A stretch of DNA of 64,000 nt from the human T2T-CHM13v2.0 reference genome, Homo sapiens: positions 24,608,001-24,672,000 of the forward strand of contig CP068257.2 in assembly GCA_009914755.4 (NCBI GenBank). Direction: 5' to 3'. This document shows, piece by piece, positions 15,760 to 28,400 of the stretch (its first letter is position 1; every line of letters begins with the position of its first letter). Both the position numbers and the translations under genes were made by a program. The notes below the pieces were generated by a model, which was not told the DNA's origin, did not search any database, and saw nothing but the letters and a program-made list of their open reading frames with translations.

Positions 15760-17770
15760 CAGATTTTTATCAGCCTTTCTTCTATGCTCCCGATTCTTTT
15801 ATAAATTGTATTACATTGTTTTTGTGTCTCTATATTGCGTTTATGTCTATGGTATTTGTATTATTAACTTTTGTTTCTTTTGTGAACTCTGGTAGCTTGG
15901 TTTCACTATCTTTATTTCCTCTTTAATTTCATATCCCTTCTCAGAAAGTCTCCTTTTCAGATCGTTTTTTTCCCTCTTTAGTTTCTTGAGCATGTAGACT
16001 ATTATTTGTTTACTTTTTTTTTCATTTCCTGTGGTAATTCTTCTGATACATATTCTTTTTAAGTGTTTTTCTTCTATATTTATAACAATTGTACAGGTGG
16101 TAAATTATACATGCCATAGTACTATAGCCAGGTCTGCTCCTTGGAAAGTCTTTATGTAATATGGAAAGCAAATCTGGAGGTGGGAGAATTAGAAATCTGA
16201 CATCAGTAGCAGGAAGATTGGATCTAGATGATGGGGAGACACAGGGTGGTTACTTCATTGTGTAAGGCAGAGATTGGGGCTGGGATGTGACACTCTGAGT
16301 TGGTAGGAAAAAGAGCCTGAGTGTAAAGAGAAGAACGAGGCTGATCTGAGTAGCAAGACCCTCTACCCTACCTTACTGGAATAAGCTCATCCATGCACAG
16401 AAAGCTGTAGGAAACTGTGCACACTGCTATCAAGTATAGTTTTGAATGGCCAAATTATTTATTTGATGTTAGTTAAGCAAACAGTTTTTACCACCGTGAA
16501 AACTTTTTCTGCCTCTATCATTTCTGCTGGTCTCCATATAGTCCCATTAAAAAAAAAATCAAGCAATAAAAAATATACATACTAAAAGTGAAAGCTGATC
16601 TTAAACTTCCTCCCAGTCCTTCACCTCCTTCCTAAGAAGTAACTACTATTTAACAATTAGCTGTGCTGTGTCTACATCTTGACCTTTTCCTGCGTATGCT
16701 TATACATAAGAATTTTCTGTCTTTACTAATATATCTTTTCAATCTTTCTATGCCAGTAAATATTTTTCTACTACAAAAATCATTTGTATAGTATTATATA
16801 CTATTATTGTATACTATATATTGTGTAGTATTATATACCTATTATTTATTTAACTATCTGCTGTTCTTGGTCACACATTTACCCTAAAATGCAGCAGTGA
16901 ACAGTCCTCTATGTGGATATTATGAGAGTTTCTGTAGCATATAATCCTAGAAGTGGATTTTGTGGGTATAAGAATATGGACAGATAAAATTTTGATAAGT
17001 ACTGAGAAATAATACTTCAAAAAGCCTGTTCCAATTTACTGTCTCATTAATGAGTCTATTTTCCCACATCTTTATCAAAAGAATATTATTCTGATTTTTT
17101 TATTTTTGCCCATTAGATAAGTTAAGAATTGTGACTCATTACTTATAAAATTTGCATACTACCAACTGCAGTGGAATTTCAGCATATTTTAAAAATACTC
17201 TTTGACCCATTTCTTTTGTAAATTTCTGTCTATTTTTAGTAGCTTTTTTCAGTTCTTTTTGGTTTCTAGAGGTCCTTTATATTGGTTATTAATTGCTTCT
17301 CTGTTGAAGATGTTGGAAATATTTTCTCAGTCTCTCATTTTTGAATTTATTTATAATCTTTCTATTATTCAAACTATTTGAACCTTTATATAGCCAAATA
17401 TTTTAACTTTATGGCTTTTATATCTTTGCTTATAAGAATGTTCTCTAAGGTTAAGATGAAGTTTGCCTATATATTTTTTTCTGATATGTATGTAGTTATT
17501 AATGCTTTTAATGTTTTATTGAGCTTAGTTTTTAATCTGTCTGTAAATAATTAGCCTCTTATTTTGACACTGCTTATTGAATTGTTGGTTCTTTTTCCTC
17601 TAATTTGAAATATCACCTGCTTTATCTTTCCATATTGATTTATGTATCTACTCTGGGACCAGTGCCACACTGTTGTTGGTATTTAGAATGGTCAGGCAAG
17701 TTCTTCCTCATTATTCCTCTCTTCAAAATTGTGCTGGCTATTTCGTTTCAAGCCATCTGTTTAGAGTTTT
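15760..17770 (-). mobile_element. Ancient L1 (L1M-like) antisense fragments (ORF2 3' region / 3'UTR). Boundaries are approximate.
   Basis: Antisense-L1-like motifs: gcagcagtgaacagtcctctatgtggatattatgagagtttctgtagcatataatcctagaagtggattttgtgggt (L1M antisense 'ctaggagtggaattgctgggtcat...ccagcaatgtatgagagttccagttgctcc'); gacccatttcttttgtaaatttctgtctatttttagtagc...tcctttatattggttattaattgcttctctgttgaagatgttggaaatattttctcagtctct. Confidence 0.5.
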
Positions 17771-20426
17771 GATTGGAAATGGTATCAAATTTATACATAA
17801 ATTCGAAGAGAACTGATGAAACGGGAAAGTTCCCTTATTCTCCTCACAGGGCGTGTGACAGGGGCATGACTGGTTTCTTCAGTGCCCCACTGCCCAAAGC
17901 CCTAGAGGGAACATGCAGACAGTCAGGTCGGGGGGCGTCTAGGGTTGAGTGTTTACAGCTCTCAAAGCCCCAGTGGGCATGTGTTACAGTGCACTCTTTC
18001 AGTTTTGCCATCCACAGGTGGCTTGTATTAATCAGCTCAATTACAGCCTCTGCCTTATTGCAAGGACAGAGGGCTTTCTGTATCCCGGGGTTCTTGCCCT
18101 AGAGTACTGGAAAAATCGGATCACATGTGGGCTTGGAGGATGGGTGCAAGGTTTTATTGAGTGGAGGTAGCTCTCAGTGAGGTGGATGGGGAGGGCAAAA
18201 GGGGGATGGAGTGGGAAGGTTGTCTTCCCCTGGAATTGGGGTGCCCAATGGCTGGACTTCCCTCCGACTGAATTTCCCATATTGTCTGCGTCATTCTGCT
18301 GTTGATGGCCTGCTGGCATCTGCTGGTGTGTTCTTCTGCCAGTGTGTTCCTCTCAACATCCAGACACTTGTGTGTGCGCCCGCTAGGGTCTCAGAGATTT
18401 TATGGGCACAGGATGGAGGATGTGATGGGCCAGAGTGGTCTTGGAAAATGCAACATTTGGGTGCAGAAACAGGAGTGCCTGTCCTTACTTAGGTCCCTGG
18501 GCACAGGCCTGAGAGTGAAGCCCTCACCAGGGACCCTGCCCTTCTCTATCCAGCATTTCCCTATCTCCCTCCTGTATCACTGATATCTTTTACTATTGAG
18601 TCTTCACATCCAGAAACATAATTTGGCCTTCTGTTAATTTAGAGCTTCTTTTATTTTCTTCTGTAAAAATTTACAGCATTCTTTATATTATATGTTTCTT
18701 ATTGAATTTAATTATGAACAGGTTATACTTTGTTATTATCATGGGATCTTTTAAATACATTCTAATTGGTTATGACAGGTTTAAAAAGCTACTCTTAATT
18801 TTTCTGTGTTGATCTTGTATCCCAACTAAATCCTGTGTTTGTTCTAAATGCTTACTAGTAGTGCCTCTTAGGTGTTCTAGGTGGCTACTCATAGCGTCTG
18901 ATAACAATAATAGTTTGTCTTTTTCTTTCCTATATTTACACCAATTTTTTTCTCCTAACATTTACAGGTTTTTTTTTTTTTCAGTTTCCTGTAATGATTA
19001 TTTATTGAATTTGGAAGATCTCCATTGTGGTGTTAATTTCTTAAAAGCTTAGTGTTTCTTGCTTGCTCTTATTTGTTGCTGAGGACTTAGATTAAACAGT
19101 TTATTGCTTTTGAAGTGTATTTTGTCAGTCCAGTTGAGGGACTGAGTCTCAGTCCAGATGAGGGACTGCCAGTTTGTCTAGCAGTTGATACAAACTAATT
19201 ACCTCTGGTAACTTTGCAGGAGCTGAAAACAGAAGTGTGACTAGTAAGGTGTGAAGGTGGCTTGATTTCTAGATATGAGGCTCTTGGTGCTTGTTGGCTG
19301 ACAGACACTCTCCCTTTCTTTAGTTCAGCAGCCACTCTGGTAGTCTTAAACGTCAGAGTTTTTAAGAGGGGTATTCATAGCCCAAATCTAGGGATAAATG
19401 TAGGAGATGGAGGAAAGGGGAGTTGCCGTTTTATTGGTGCCACTGTTTAGTTAAAATACCTAAAACATTTTCTCATTCCCCTTTTCCCTGCCTCCACTGC
19501 CTTTGGATGTAGATTTATTCTGGAGTTCTGTTGGGAAAACACACTATTTTGGAATGTTTTACTTGTCTACTGAGAGGGTTCTTCGGCTATTTTGGACTAT
19601 GTTGTCAATCTATTTGCTATTGCTGTGTCTCTTCTAGAAACTCCTCATTGTCCTGGACTACTGGCAAAGCTTGTTTTCAATGCTGTTATGAATTTGCTAA
19701 TTTATTTCCTTTGTATCTATTGTATTTATGCACAGACTTTATGTTAGATCCTTTTGGTTGATTGTTATCCTTAATTAGGGATAATGCCATCTGGACCTGT
19801 TAATTTGCTCAAGAACTGAGTGGAGAGGGGTGGATGGAGGATGACACATTACTCACTATTTAACAAAATAAAGGTTTTTTTCCATAATAAAGCTTGTTAT
19901 ATAACAGGTAAAAAATACAGAAAAACAAGAGGAAGAAAATGATCATTCATAATTCAGTCATGACAATCACTGCTAATATTTAGATATGTTAGCAGTGATA
20001 TCATATTATATATATATATTAGATATATTAAAGGACTATCAGTCCTCTCCTGATGCATATTTAACATTCTTGTGATTATATTCTGTGCAGCATTTTGTAT
20101 TTATTTTTTCCAGTTAACATTTTAACACATTTCCTGTATCATTAGGAACACTCATGATTAAATCCTTACTTTAATAATATCATAAGATAGAGTAAAATGG
20201 ATCCTCCAAGGGTGATACTTACTTGTCTTTGGCCATTTGGGTTAATTTGGTATTTAGTTCTTTTAAGAAGGAAATTCGATTTTTATACATTTATTATTAA
20301 ATTTTTTGAAATAAAATCTACAGTGAAATGTGTAGAGCCTAAGTGTCTAATTTGATGTTTTGATAATGCTTACATTTAAGTAATCATGACCCCAATCGGA
20401 TACAGCATATTTACCTGACTCACTTT

Positions 20427-20718
20427 TTAATTTAATTTAATTTAATTTTTGAGACAGGGCCTCACTCTGTCGCCCAGGCTGAAGTGTACTGGCACAATCA
20501 TAGCTCACTGCAGTTTTAACCTCCTGGGCTTGAGGGATCCTCCTGCTTCAGCCTCCTGAGTAGCTGGGACTACAGGGGTACACCATGTCTGGCTAATTTT
20601 TTTTTCATTTTTTGTGGAGACAGGGTCTCACTATATTGCCCAGGCTGGCCTCAAGTGATCCTCCTGCCTCAGCCTCCCAAAGCCCTGGGATTACAGTCAT
20701 GAGCCACCATACCTGGCC
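20427..20718 (-). mobile_element. Alu SINE (older AluJ/S-like), minus orientation. The tail has mutated to (TTTAA)n. TSD actca(c)ttttaa.
   Basis: Reads ttaatttaatttaatttaatttttgagacagggcctcactctgtcgcccaggctgaagtgtactggcacaatcatagctcactgcag...cctcctgagtagctgggactacagg...ttttgtggagacagggtctcactatattgcccaggctgg...caaagccctgggattacagtcatgagccaccatacctggcc. The flanks read actcacttttt | Alu | actcattttaa. Confidence 0.85.
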
Positions 20719-21026
20719 AACTCATTTTAATAATGTCTAATGATGAACACCTATAAGAAGGTTTTTCATATTTATGTACTTGGACTGTGATTCTAAAAGT
20801 GAAATAACTTGGCTTTATTTTACAAACCTTTTAGTGGACTTTACTAAAATCGCTTCCAGAAGTTTGTATCAATTTACATTCCCACCAGTAAGTGGAGAGT
20901 GTCAATCTTTTTTTCTGTGATCCCCCTAACATTTTTTGACTATCCCCCAGCAGATAAGCTGCACAGTTTCTTGTTGAAAGCAAGTTATGACTCTTTCTGT
21001 TAATATCTACTTCCACTCAATCATGG

Positions 21027-21052
21027 TTGTGTGTGTGTGTGTGTGTACGTGT
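21027..21052. repeat. (TG)n dinucleotide microsatellite
   Basis: Reads ttgtgtgtgtgtgtgtgtgtgtacgtgt. Confidence 0.9.
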
Positions 21053-24000
21053 AAACCATCACTGTTCATGCATTCAGTGGTGTTGTAACATTTCTCCCAC
21101 AAGCAACCTTCATTGGCATTATTTATTTATGACAGTGTCTTCCTCATGAAATCATGTCTCAGTAGCTCTTCTCTGTCTTCTTTCAAAGACTGTGGTATTT
21201 CTAGTCACACAGGCTCTAAAATTCATGAGTCCCAATTAATGTCTCTTTTGCTCCAATTTATTCCAACTCTTGTTCATTCTGTTTTCCTGGCTCACAGCTC
21301 TTCCTACTCTGTCTTTCCATTTTCATTCTCATTGCCTTATTTTAGCCCTTTATGACCTCTTACTTAAAAAATTTCTATAGCTTATACCTACACTTTCTCC
21401 CTACGCAAATCTGTCTGACCCATGATTGCTAGATTAATCACTCCAGAGAATTTGTGCTTAAATATTGTTACTCAAAATACTTTAGTCTCCACTCAAAATC
21501 CTTCTCCTGGGGATGTCAGCAACATGGCAGAACAGGAGACTCCTGACTATTCCATCTCTCACAGACATACAAGTAAACACCTACACATGAATTAGTTCTC
21601 TCCAAGAGGAAGCTAGAATCCAGTTGAAAGTCTCCCACACACTGGAAGACTGAGAAAATACCCACATCCAAACAGGTAGGAAAAGCAGAGACACACTTGC
21701 ACTAATCCTACCATGAGCACAACGCCTTATAATTAGGAAGGAAACTCCAACTCCCAGCTTCTTCCAGAAGGTTGGGAGTCTTGTACCACATGTATAGTGC
21801 CCAACTTTTACAGTTCCTGTGGGAGGGCTTTGATCTTAAGTTACCATGCTTGAAGAACAGTAGGGACAGTGCATTGGAGGATTTCTCTCAAGCACAATGG
21901 ACAAAGGGGCTTTTGAACCATGTGAGGACTCCCAGCTACTCTAGCCCCCAGGGATCAGCCCAACTTCTAACTTCCCCCTAAAGAGGGTTCAGCCTAAGAC
22001 TTTTCAAGGAACTCCCTGTGGCTCTGGCTTCTAACAAGCTGGTATCTGGGAGTCTAATAAGGAGCCTATAAGGATTAAACTTCTTTGAGTCTAAATCAGA
22101 AAGAAGGCACTCCCTGTGCCTTCTCCCCTTGCTGTCTCCTGATATAAATTCCTGCAATCTCTCATTAGAAAGAGAAGGGTGTACCTCTCCATGTCTGAAA
22201 GGAAAAGGGGGTACTCTCTATTCCTCTACCCTGGCTTGCTTTCACGATAAGATCACACAAGGCTCCCCCTACAAGGAGGGTGTGAAACTTCTGCTTGCTT
22301 GAATAGGAGAGTGGGCATCACTTGCACTTTCTTCCTTGGCTTGTTCCAGTGATGATTTCAGCCCTACAATATCTCCATGGAAAGAAGTTTGATGCCTCCA
22401 CCAGCAAGAATGAAAGGGATGGCACTCCTCATGCTCTTTTTCTCAGTTTGCTCAGGAGATAAACTCCTGAAATATCTCATTGGAAGGAGATAGAGGGACC
22501 TCTCCATGACTGAAAAGGAAAGTGAGAAGTCCCTGACCCTTCTGCTCTGGCTTGTTTCAGCAATAACTCCAGACCAGAAGCCTGTCCCTACTAGAAGAGT
22601 GAGAGACTTTTGCTTGCATGAACAGGAAAGTGGGCGTTCTCTGAAATATCTTCTCTGGCTTGCTCCATCAGTAAATACAGATCTGCAGGTCCTGGAAGTA
22701 GTTTCTGCAAGCACCAAGGACTCCATCTTTTACAGTTTCCAACAAGGTACTGGCTTCTAAATTACCTAGATCTTGGAGTTAATGGAGCTCTACATTCCTG
22801 AGTTTCCTAAGTTACAGAGAACATAAAGATGACTTTTAAACATGCAAATTTTCAGCAAATATTTCCACAGGTCCAAAGTGAGAAGTCTGATCAAGAATAC
22901 AAGTATCTCTCTCAGTCACTCACCTTGTGTACAGCAGAACAAGTGTGAGATAAACTCTGGCTGTCAACTTCTCTGCAAAGAAAGAAGGAACTGGAACATA
23001 TCTTACACCTCAACCTCTTCAGCTGCATTCTAAGGAACTGACTTCTATCCCACTTCTCTCAAGGCAATAGCATGACTTGACACTCTCTAATTTCTTTGGG
23101 GACACTAAGAACAAAGACATCAGGTTAGATGAGTACAAGGAGTTTGGAAGCACCAGGAATCTCTGGCTGGGCTGATGGGGGAGAAACATCTTTTACATGG
23201 GACCAGTCTAACAAAATTGAGAGAGATGGTTCTTTTATCTAATGCATGGAAACAAACATGAGAGCCAAGGAAAAATGAAGAAACGTGGAAATGTGTTCTA
23301 AATATAAGATACATCTCTGGAAGCCAACCCCAATGAAGTGGAGATATGTGATTTACATGACAGGGAATTCAAAAGGACAGTCATAAAGATACTTACTGAG
23401 ACAAGGAGAGCAATGCAAGAACAAACTGAGAACTTTAAAAAAAGATAGAAAATATAAAAATAGCAGCAAACAAAAATAATTGAGCTGAAGAATACAATAA
23501 TGGGGCTCAAAAATTTAATAGAGGGTTTCAATACCAATCTATATAAAGCAGAAGAAAGAATTAGCAAACTTGATGACAAGTCATTAGAAGTCATCCAATC
23601 TAAGAAGTCAAAAGAAAAAAGAATGAAAAAGGGTGAAGACAGTGTAGGGGATTTGTGGGACACCATTAAGTGGAATAATATATACATTATCAGTGTACCA
23701 GAAGGAGAAAAGAAACAGAAAGGGACAGAAAACATTCAAGGAAATAATGGCAGAAAATTTCCTAAGTCTGGAAAAGAAAATAGAAATCCATATCCATGAA
23801 GCTCAATGGTCTGTTATAGGATAAATTCAAAGGGACACACACCAAGACACATTACAATCAAATTGTCAAAAGTTAAAGACAAAGAGAATATTGAAAGCAG
23901 TAAGGGAGGAGTGACTTGTTACATACATGGGACCTCTAGAAGACTGTCAATGGATTTTCCACAGAAATCCTGAAGGGTAGAAGGGAAAGGGATGATATAT

Positions 24001-24671
24001 TCAAAACTGAAATAAAAAAAAGAACCCTGCCAACCAAGAATACTATACCCAGCAATCCTGTCCCTTAAAGGTGAAGAAGAGATAAAAACTTTCTGAGACA
24101 AACAAAAGGTGAGGGAATTTATCACCATTAGACCTACCTTACAAGAATGCTAACAATAGTCCCTCAAGCTTAAGGAAAAATTGTTAAGTAGCAACATCAA
24201 AGTATATTAAAACATAAAACTTACTGGTAAAAGTAAGTATGTAGTTAAACTCAGAACACTCTTAGATTGGAACAGTGGTGTGAAAATAAATTTTGTTTCT
24301 AGCATGAAAATTAAAAGACAAAACTATAAAAACAACTGTAGTTACACTAACTTGTTAAGGGACACAAACTAAAAATTACAAAACATGTCAAAAAAACAAA
24401 TGGAGAGGAATAAAAGTATAGAGTTTGTGCAAGTGATCAAAGTTAAATCATTATCAGCTTAACAAGGGATGTTCTTAGCATATGATGTTTTATATAATCC
24501 TCATAGTGGCCAAAAAAAAAAAAAAAACAACTCCTTAGTGGATACACCAAAGATAAAAAGAAAGGATTCAAAGCATACTGCGATAGGAAATCATCAAGCC
24601 ACAAAAGACAACCATAAGAGAGGAAGAGAGGAACAAGTAATCTACAAATTAACCAGAAAACAATTAACAAA

Positions 24672-25109
24672 ATGGCAATAGTAAGTCTTTATCTATCAAT
24701 AATTACTTTAAATGTAAATGAACTAAGTTATTCAATCAAAATACATCAAGTGGCTAAATGGATTAACCAAAAAAAAGACTCAGTGATATGCTGCCAACAA
24801 GAGACTCATTTCATCTCTAAGAACATACATAGACCAAAAATGAAGGGATGGAAAAAGTTATTCCATGGAAATAGAAATCAAAATAGAGCAGGGATAGCTA
24901 TACTTATATCACACAAAATAGACCTTAAGTCAAAAACTATAAAAAGAGGTGAAGAAGGTCATTATATGACGATAAAGTGGTCAATTCATCAAGAAGATAT
25001 GACAGTTGTAGATATGCATCCATCCAAAGTTGGAACACCTAAATTGGTAAAGCAGATATTAATAGATCCAAGGAATGAGATAGACTGTAATATAATAATA
25101 GTAGGATAA
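24672..25109 (+). pseudogene. L1 ORF2 endonuclease-domain remnant (part of the L1 above)
   Basis: The 145-aa ORF translation aligns to the L1 ORF2p N-terminus (see the previous feature). It is truncated by an in-frame stop. Confidence 0.8.
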
Positions 25110-25175
25110 CTAAATACTACACTTTTAACATTGGACAGATCATCTAGACAGAAAATATTGGACTTGAAGTATGCT

Positions 25176-25478
25176 TTATTTATTTATTTATTTTGAGACA
25201 GGGTCTCACTCTTTTGCCCAAGCTGGAATGTAGTGGCAAGACCATGGCTTACTGCAACCTCTACCTCCCCTGGCTCAAGTGATACCCCCACCTCAGCTTC
25301 TTGAGTGGCTGGAACTACAGGCATGCACCACCATTCCCAGCTAATTTTTGTATTTTTTTGTGGAGACAGGGTTTTGCCATGTTTTCCAGTCTGGCCTCAA
25401 ACTCTTGGGCTTCAGCAATTCACCTGGCTTGGCCTTCCAAAGTGCTGGGATTACAAATGTGAGGCACTGCACCTGCCC
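25176..25478 (-). mobile_element. Alu SINE (AluJ-like, diverged), minus orientation, nested inside L1 ORF2. The tail has mutated to (TTTA)n.
   Basis: Reads ttatttatttattttgagacagggtctcactcttttgcccaagctggaatgtagtggcaagaccatggcttactgcaacctctacctcccctggctcaagtgataccccc.cctcagcttcttgagtggctggaactacaggcatgcaccacc...caaagtgctgggattacaaatgtgaggcactgcacctgccc. L1 ORF2 sequence resumes on both sides. Confidence 0.85.
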
Positions 25479-28400
25479 TGAACTACGCTTCAGATCAAAT
25501 AAACCTAACAGACATTTATAGAACATTCCATTCAACAGCAAGAGAATATAAATTCTTCTCAAGTGCATCTGGAACATTCTCCAGGATATATCATATGATA
25601 GGCTGAAAACAAGTCTTAACACATTTAAAATGATTGAAATAATATTGAGTATTTTTTCTGAACACAATGGCATAAAACTAGAAATCCATAACAAGAGGAA
25701 CCTTGAAAAATTCCCAAATATATGAGAATTAAACAGCCTGTTTCTGAATAACTGATGGGTCAAAGGGGAAATTAAAAGAGAAATTAAAAAATATCTTAAG
25801 ACAAATGAAAATGGTAACACAACATATCAAAATTTATGGAATGCAGCAAAAGCAGTCCTGTGAGGGAATTTTATGACAATACATGCCTACATCAAAAAAG
25901 GAAAAAGATTTCAAATAAACATTGGTAGAAACGGGATATCCACATGCAGAAGAAGGAAATTGGATCATTTTCTTACACCATATACAAAATAAACTCAAAA
26001 TGAGTAAAAGATTTAAATGTTAAGGCCTGAAACTGTGAAGTTGCTTGGAGAAAATGGGAAAAGCTCCATGTTGTTGATCTGGGCAATGATTTCTTGGACA
26101 GAACTCCAAAAACCACAGGCAACAAAAGCAAAAATAGACAATTGGGATTGCATTAAATTAAAAAGCACAGCAAAGGAAACAATTAACAGAGTAAAGACAC
26201 ACCCATGAATTGGCAGAAAATATTTGCAAAAACTTAGACATCTGATGAGGGCCTGATATCCAAAATATATGAGGAACTCAAACCACTCAATAGTAAAAAA
26301 TCAAACTGATTAAAAACTGAGCAAAAGATCTGAATAGACATTCCTCAAAAGAGATATAAATGGCCAACAGATATATGAAAAAAAGTTCATAATATCTAAT
26401 TATCAGGGAAATGCAAATTAAAACCACAATGAGATATGACCTCACAGCTGTTAGAATGGCTATTATTAAAAAATAGGAATGATAAAGTTTTGATGAGGAG
26501 GTGGAGAAAAGGGAACTGTTTATTGGTATGTAAATTAGTATAGCTATTTTGGAAAAGAGTATGGGAGTTCCTCAAAAAACGAAAAATAGGATTGCCATAT
26601 GATCCAGCAATCTCACTTCTAAGTATACATCCCCAGAACTGAAACTGATATGTCAAAGAAATATTTGCACTCCCCTGTTCATTGCAGCATAATTCACTAT
26701 AGTCAAGGCATGCAAAACTCACAAAAGCCAAGGTATAGAACAAATGAATGGTTTAAAAATGTGGTAAATATACACAATAGAATACTATTTAGCCTTAAAT
26801 AAGAAGGAAATTTTGCCATTTGCAGCAACATGGATACAGCCAGAGGACAGTGAATGAAATTATCCAGGCACAGAAAGACAAATGCTGCCTGATTTCTTTC
26901 ATATGTGGAAGCTAAAAAAGTCGACCTTACAGAACTAGAGAGTAGAAAGGTGGTTACCAGAACCTGGAGGGATGGGGAAAGGAAAGATGTCGATCAAAGT
27001 GTCCACGGTTTCAGTTAGACTGGAGAAATAAATTTTAGTGTTCTATTGCACTTTATGGTGACCACACTAAAAAAAAATGTACTGTATATTTCAAGTTTGT
27101 TAAAATAATAGATCTTTAACATTCTCACCACAAAAAATTAGTGAGTTGATGAATATGTTACTTAGCTTGGTTGAAACTTGAATGTATACATCAAAACAAA
27201 AGAGCATATTCTATAAATATAGATGATGATTATTTGTCAGTTTTTAAAAATTGAATCTTGGCATTTAGGGCCCTCCATAGTCTTCCATTTTTATTCCTCT
27301 TTATCTCTTTGATCATATCTATATTCTAGCCAGAGAGAACACTTGTTTTAATCATATTTGACACAATTCTCTATTGTTCTCTGCTTTAGTCAAGTTTTTG
27401 CCTTTTCTGGAGTACTTTTTGCTCCTCCATGATTTAATTTTTCAAATTTTACCTTTTCTCAAAATTCAGTATAGATGTCATTTCTTTCACAAAATTTTCC
27501 CTGTTAAGCCCAGAAAAATAATCTCTTTTCCCTCTGAATCATTAGGGTACTTTATTCATTTTTGTTTTGAGTGTTATTTTCTTACCAAGAAAATATTATT
27601 TCTTTCAGTATTATGTTGAATTATGATTCATTCACTGTCTAAACCTCCTTATTGAGTGGAAATTTCTATGAGGGCAAGTTACAGGTTTAAAATTATTTAT
27701 TTATTTTTTTCAATATCTTGCACACAGCAGAAAATTGGCAAATAAATGTTTATTGTCTGAGTCGTACTGGGGAGAGGAATGGAATTTGGAGCAAAGGACA
27801 TAACTTATTTGAATATATTGGAAAACATACCAATCTAGCATTTGTTCTTTAAAAAAATGAGTTCACAAGTGAGATATGGAGCAAGATTTTTAGAGGTTCA
27901 AGGACTGACACATTTCTGTGGGATATTCTGGTTTGACTTCCAAATCACCTCTGGGTCAAGACACTGGAGGTGTTTTAGAGCTTAAAATAGAAACTCGGAG
28001 CTCAGTGAAAAAATATATGATCGATTATTGCTGCAAATGTATAGAAAATGGAATTAGCACATGCCCGTAGTATTTCAACCATGCTTAAAGACAGTCTTTC
28101 TGTTGCCTTAACCCCTTTTGACCACAGATGGCCGTATTAAGAAAATATTTATTAAAAATCACAGAGGTCTATTCTTCATCTGCTAAACTGGTAGATTTTA
28201 AGGATATGGTCCCTTCTCCATGGTGCTTTAATATTTGCTAAATGTGTATGTGCACACATGTGTGTGTGCACTTCACATCTTATCCGGGCATATTGGAAAC
28301 CTTGTAATATAGTTTTTGTTTATTTTTAACCTTCCTCTCTACTGCCTTCCACTACCACCATTTAAATACACAAAACTGTCACTGTGTGAGATATGGCCAT

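Larger units (their letters stand above)
21510..27265 (+). mobile_element. Near-full-length ancient LINE-1 (L1MA/L1PB-like).
- 5'UTR (~21.5-23.3 kb) contains a ~300-bp unit in tandem: 22128-22432 and 22433-22730, plus a partial copy at ~21960-22127.
- ORF1 remnant ~23.3-24.2 kb.
- ORF2 endonuclease region from 24672.
- Nested AluJ at 25176-25478.
- Large internal ORF2 (RT) deletion near 25925.
- ORF2 C-terminus and 3'UTR to ~27.26 kb.
   Basis: ORF1-like translation at 23500-23799 reads ...EVIQSKKSKEKRMKKGEDSVGDLWDTIKWNNIYIISVPEGEKK (compare L1 ORF1p ...IIQSEEQKEKRMKKNEQSLRDLWDTIKRTNIRIMGVPEGEE).
ORF2 N-terminus at 24672-25109 reads MAIVSLYLSIITLNVNELSYSIKIHQVAKWINQKKDSVICCQQETHFISKNIHRPKMKGWKKLFHGNRNQNRAGIAILISHKIDLK (compare L1 ORF2p MTGSNSHITILTLNINGLNSPIKRHRLASWIKSQDPSVCCIQETHLTCKDTHRLKIKGWRKIYQANGKQKKAGVAILVSDKTDFK).
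The 3' end reads ...aaatgctgcctgatttctttcatatgtggaagctaaaaaagtcgaccttacagaactagagagtagaaaggtggttaccagaacctggagggatgg..., which is the L1MA/PB 3'UTR. Confidence 0.8.

Noticed and set aside
17800-18600. Possible CpG island or promoter in the GC-richer block
   Set aside because: There are only about 7 CpGs in roughly 730 bp. Observed/expected CpG is low and GC content is modest. This does not meet CpG-island criteria, so I kept it only as a low-confidence finding (possible LTR).
22364-22726. 120-aa minus-strand ORF
   Set aside because: It lies wholly inside the tandemly repeated L1 5'UTR units and is a transposon-internal chance ORF.
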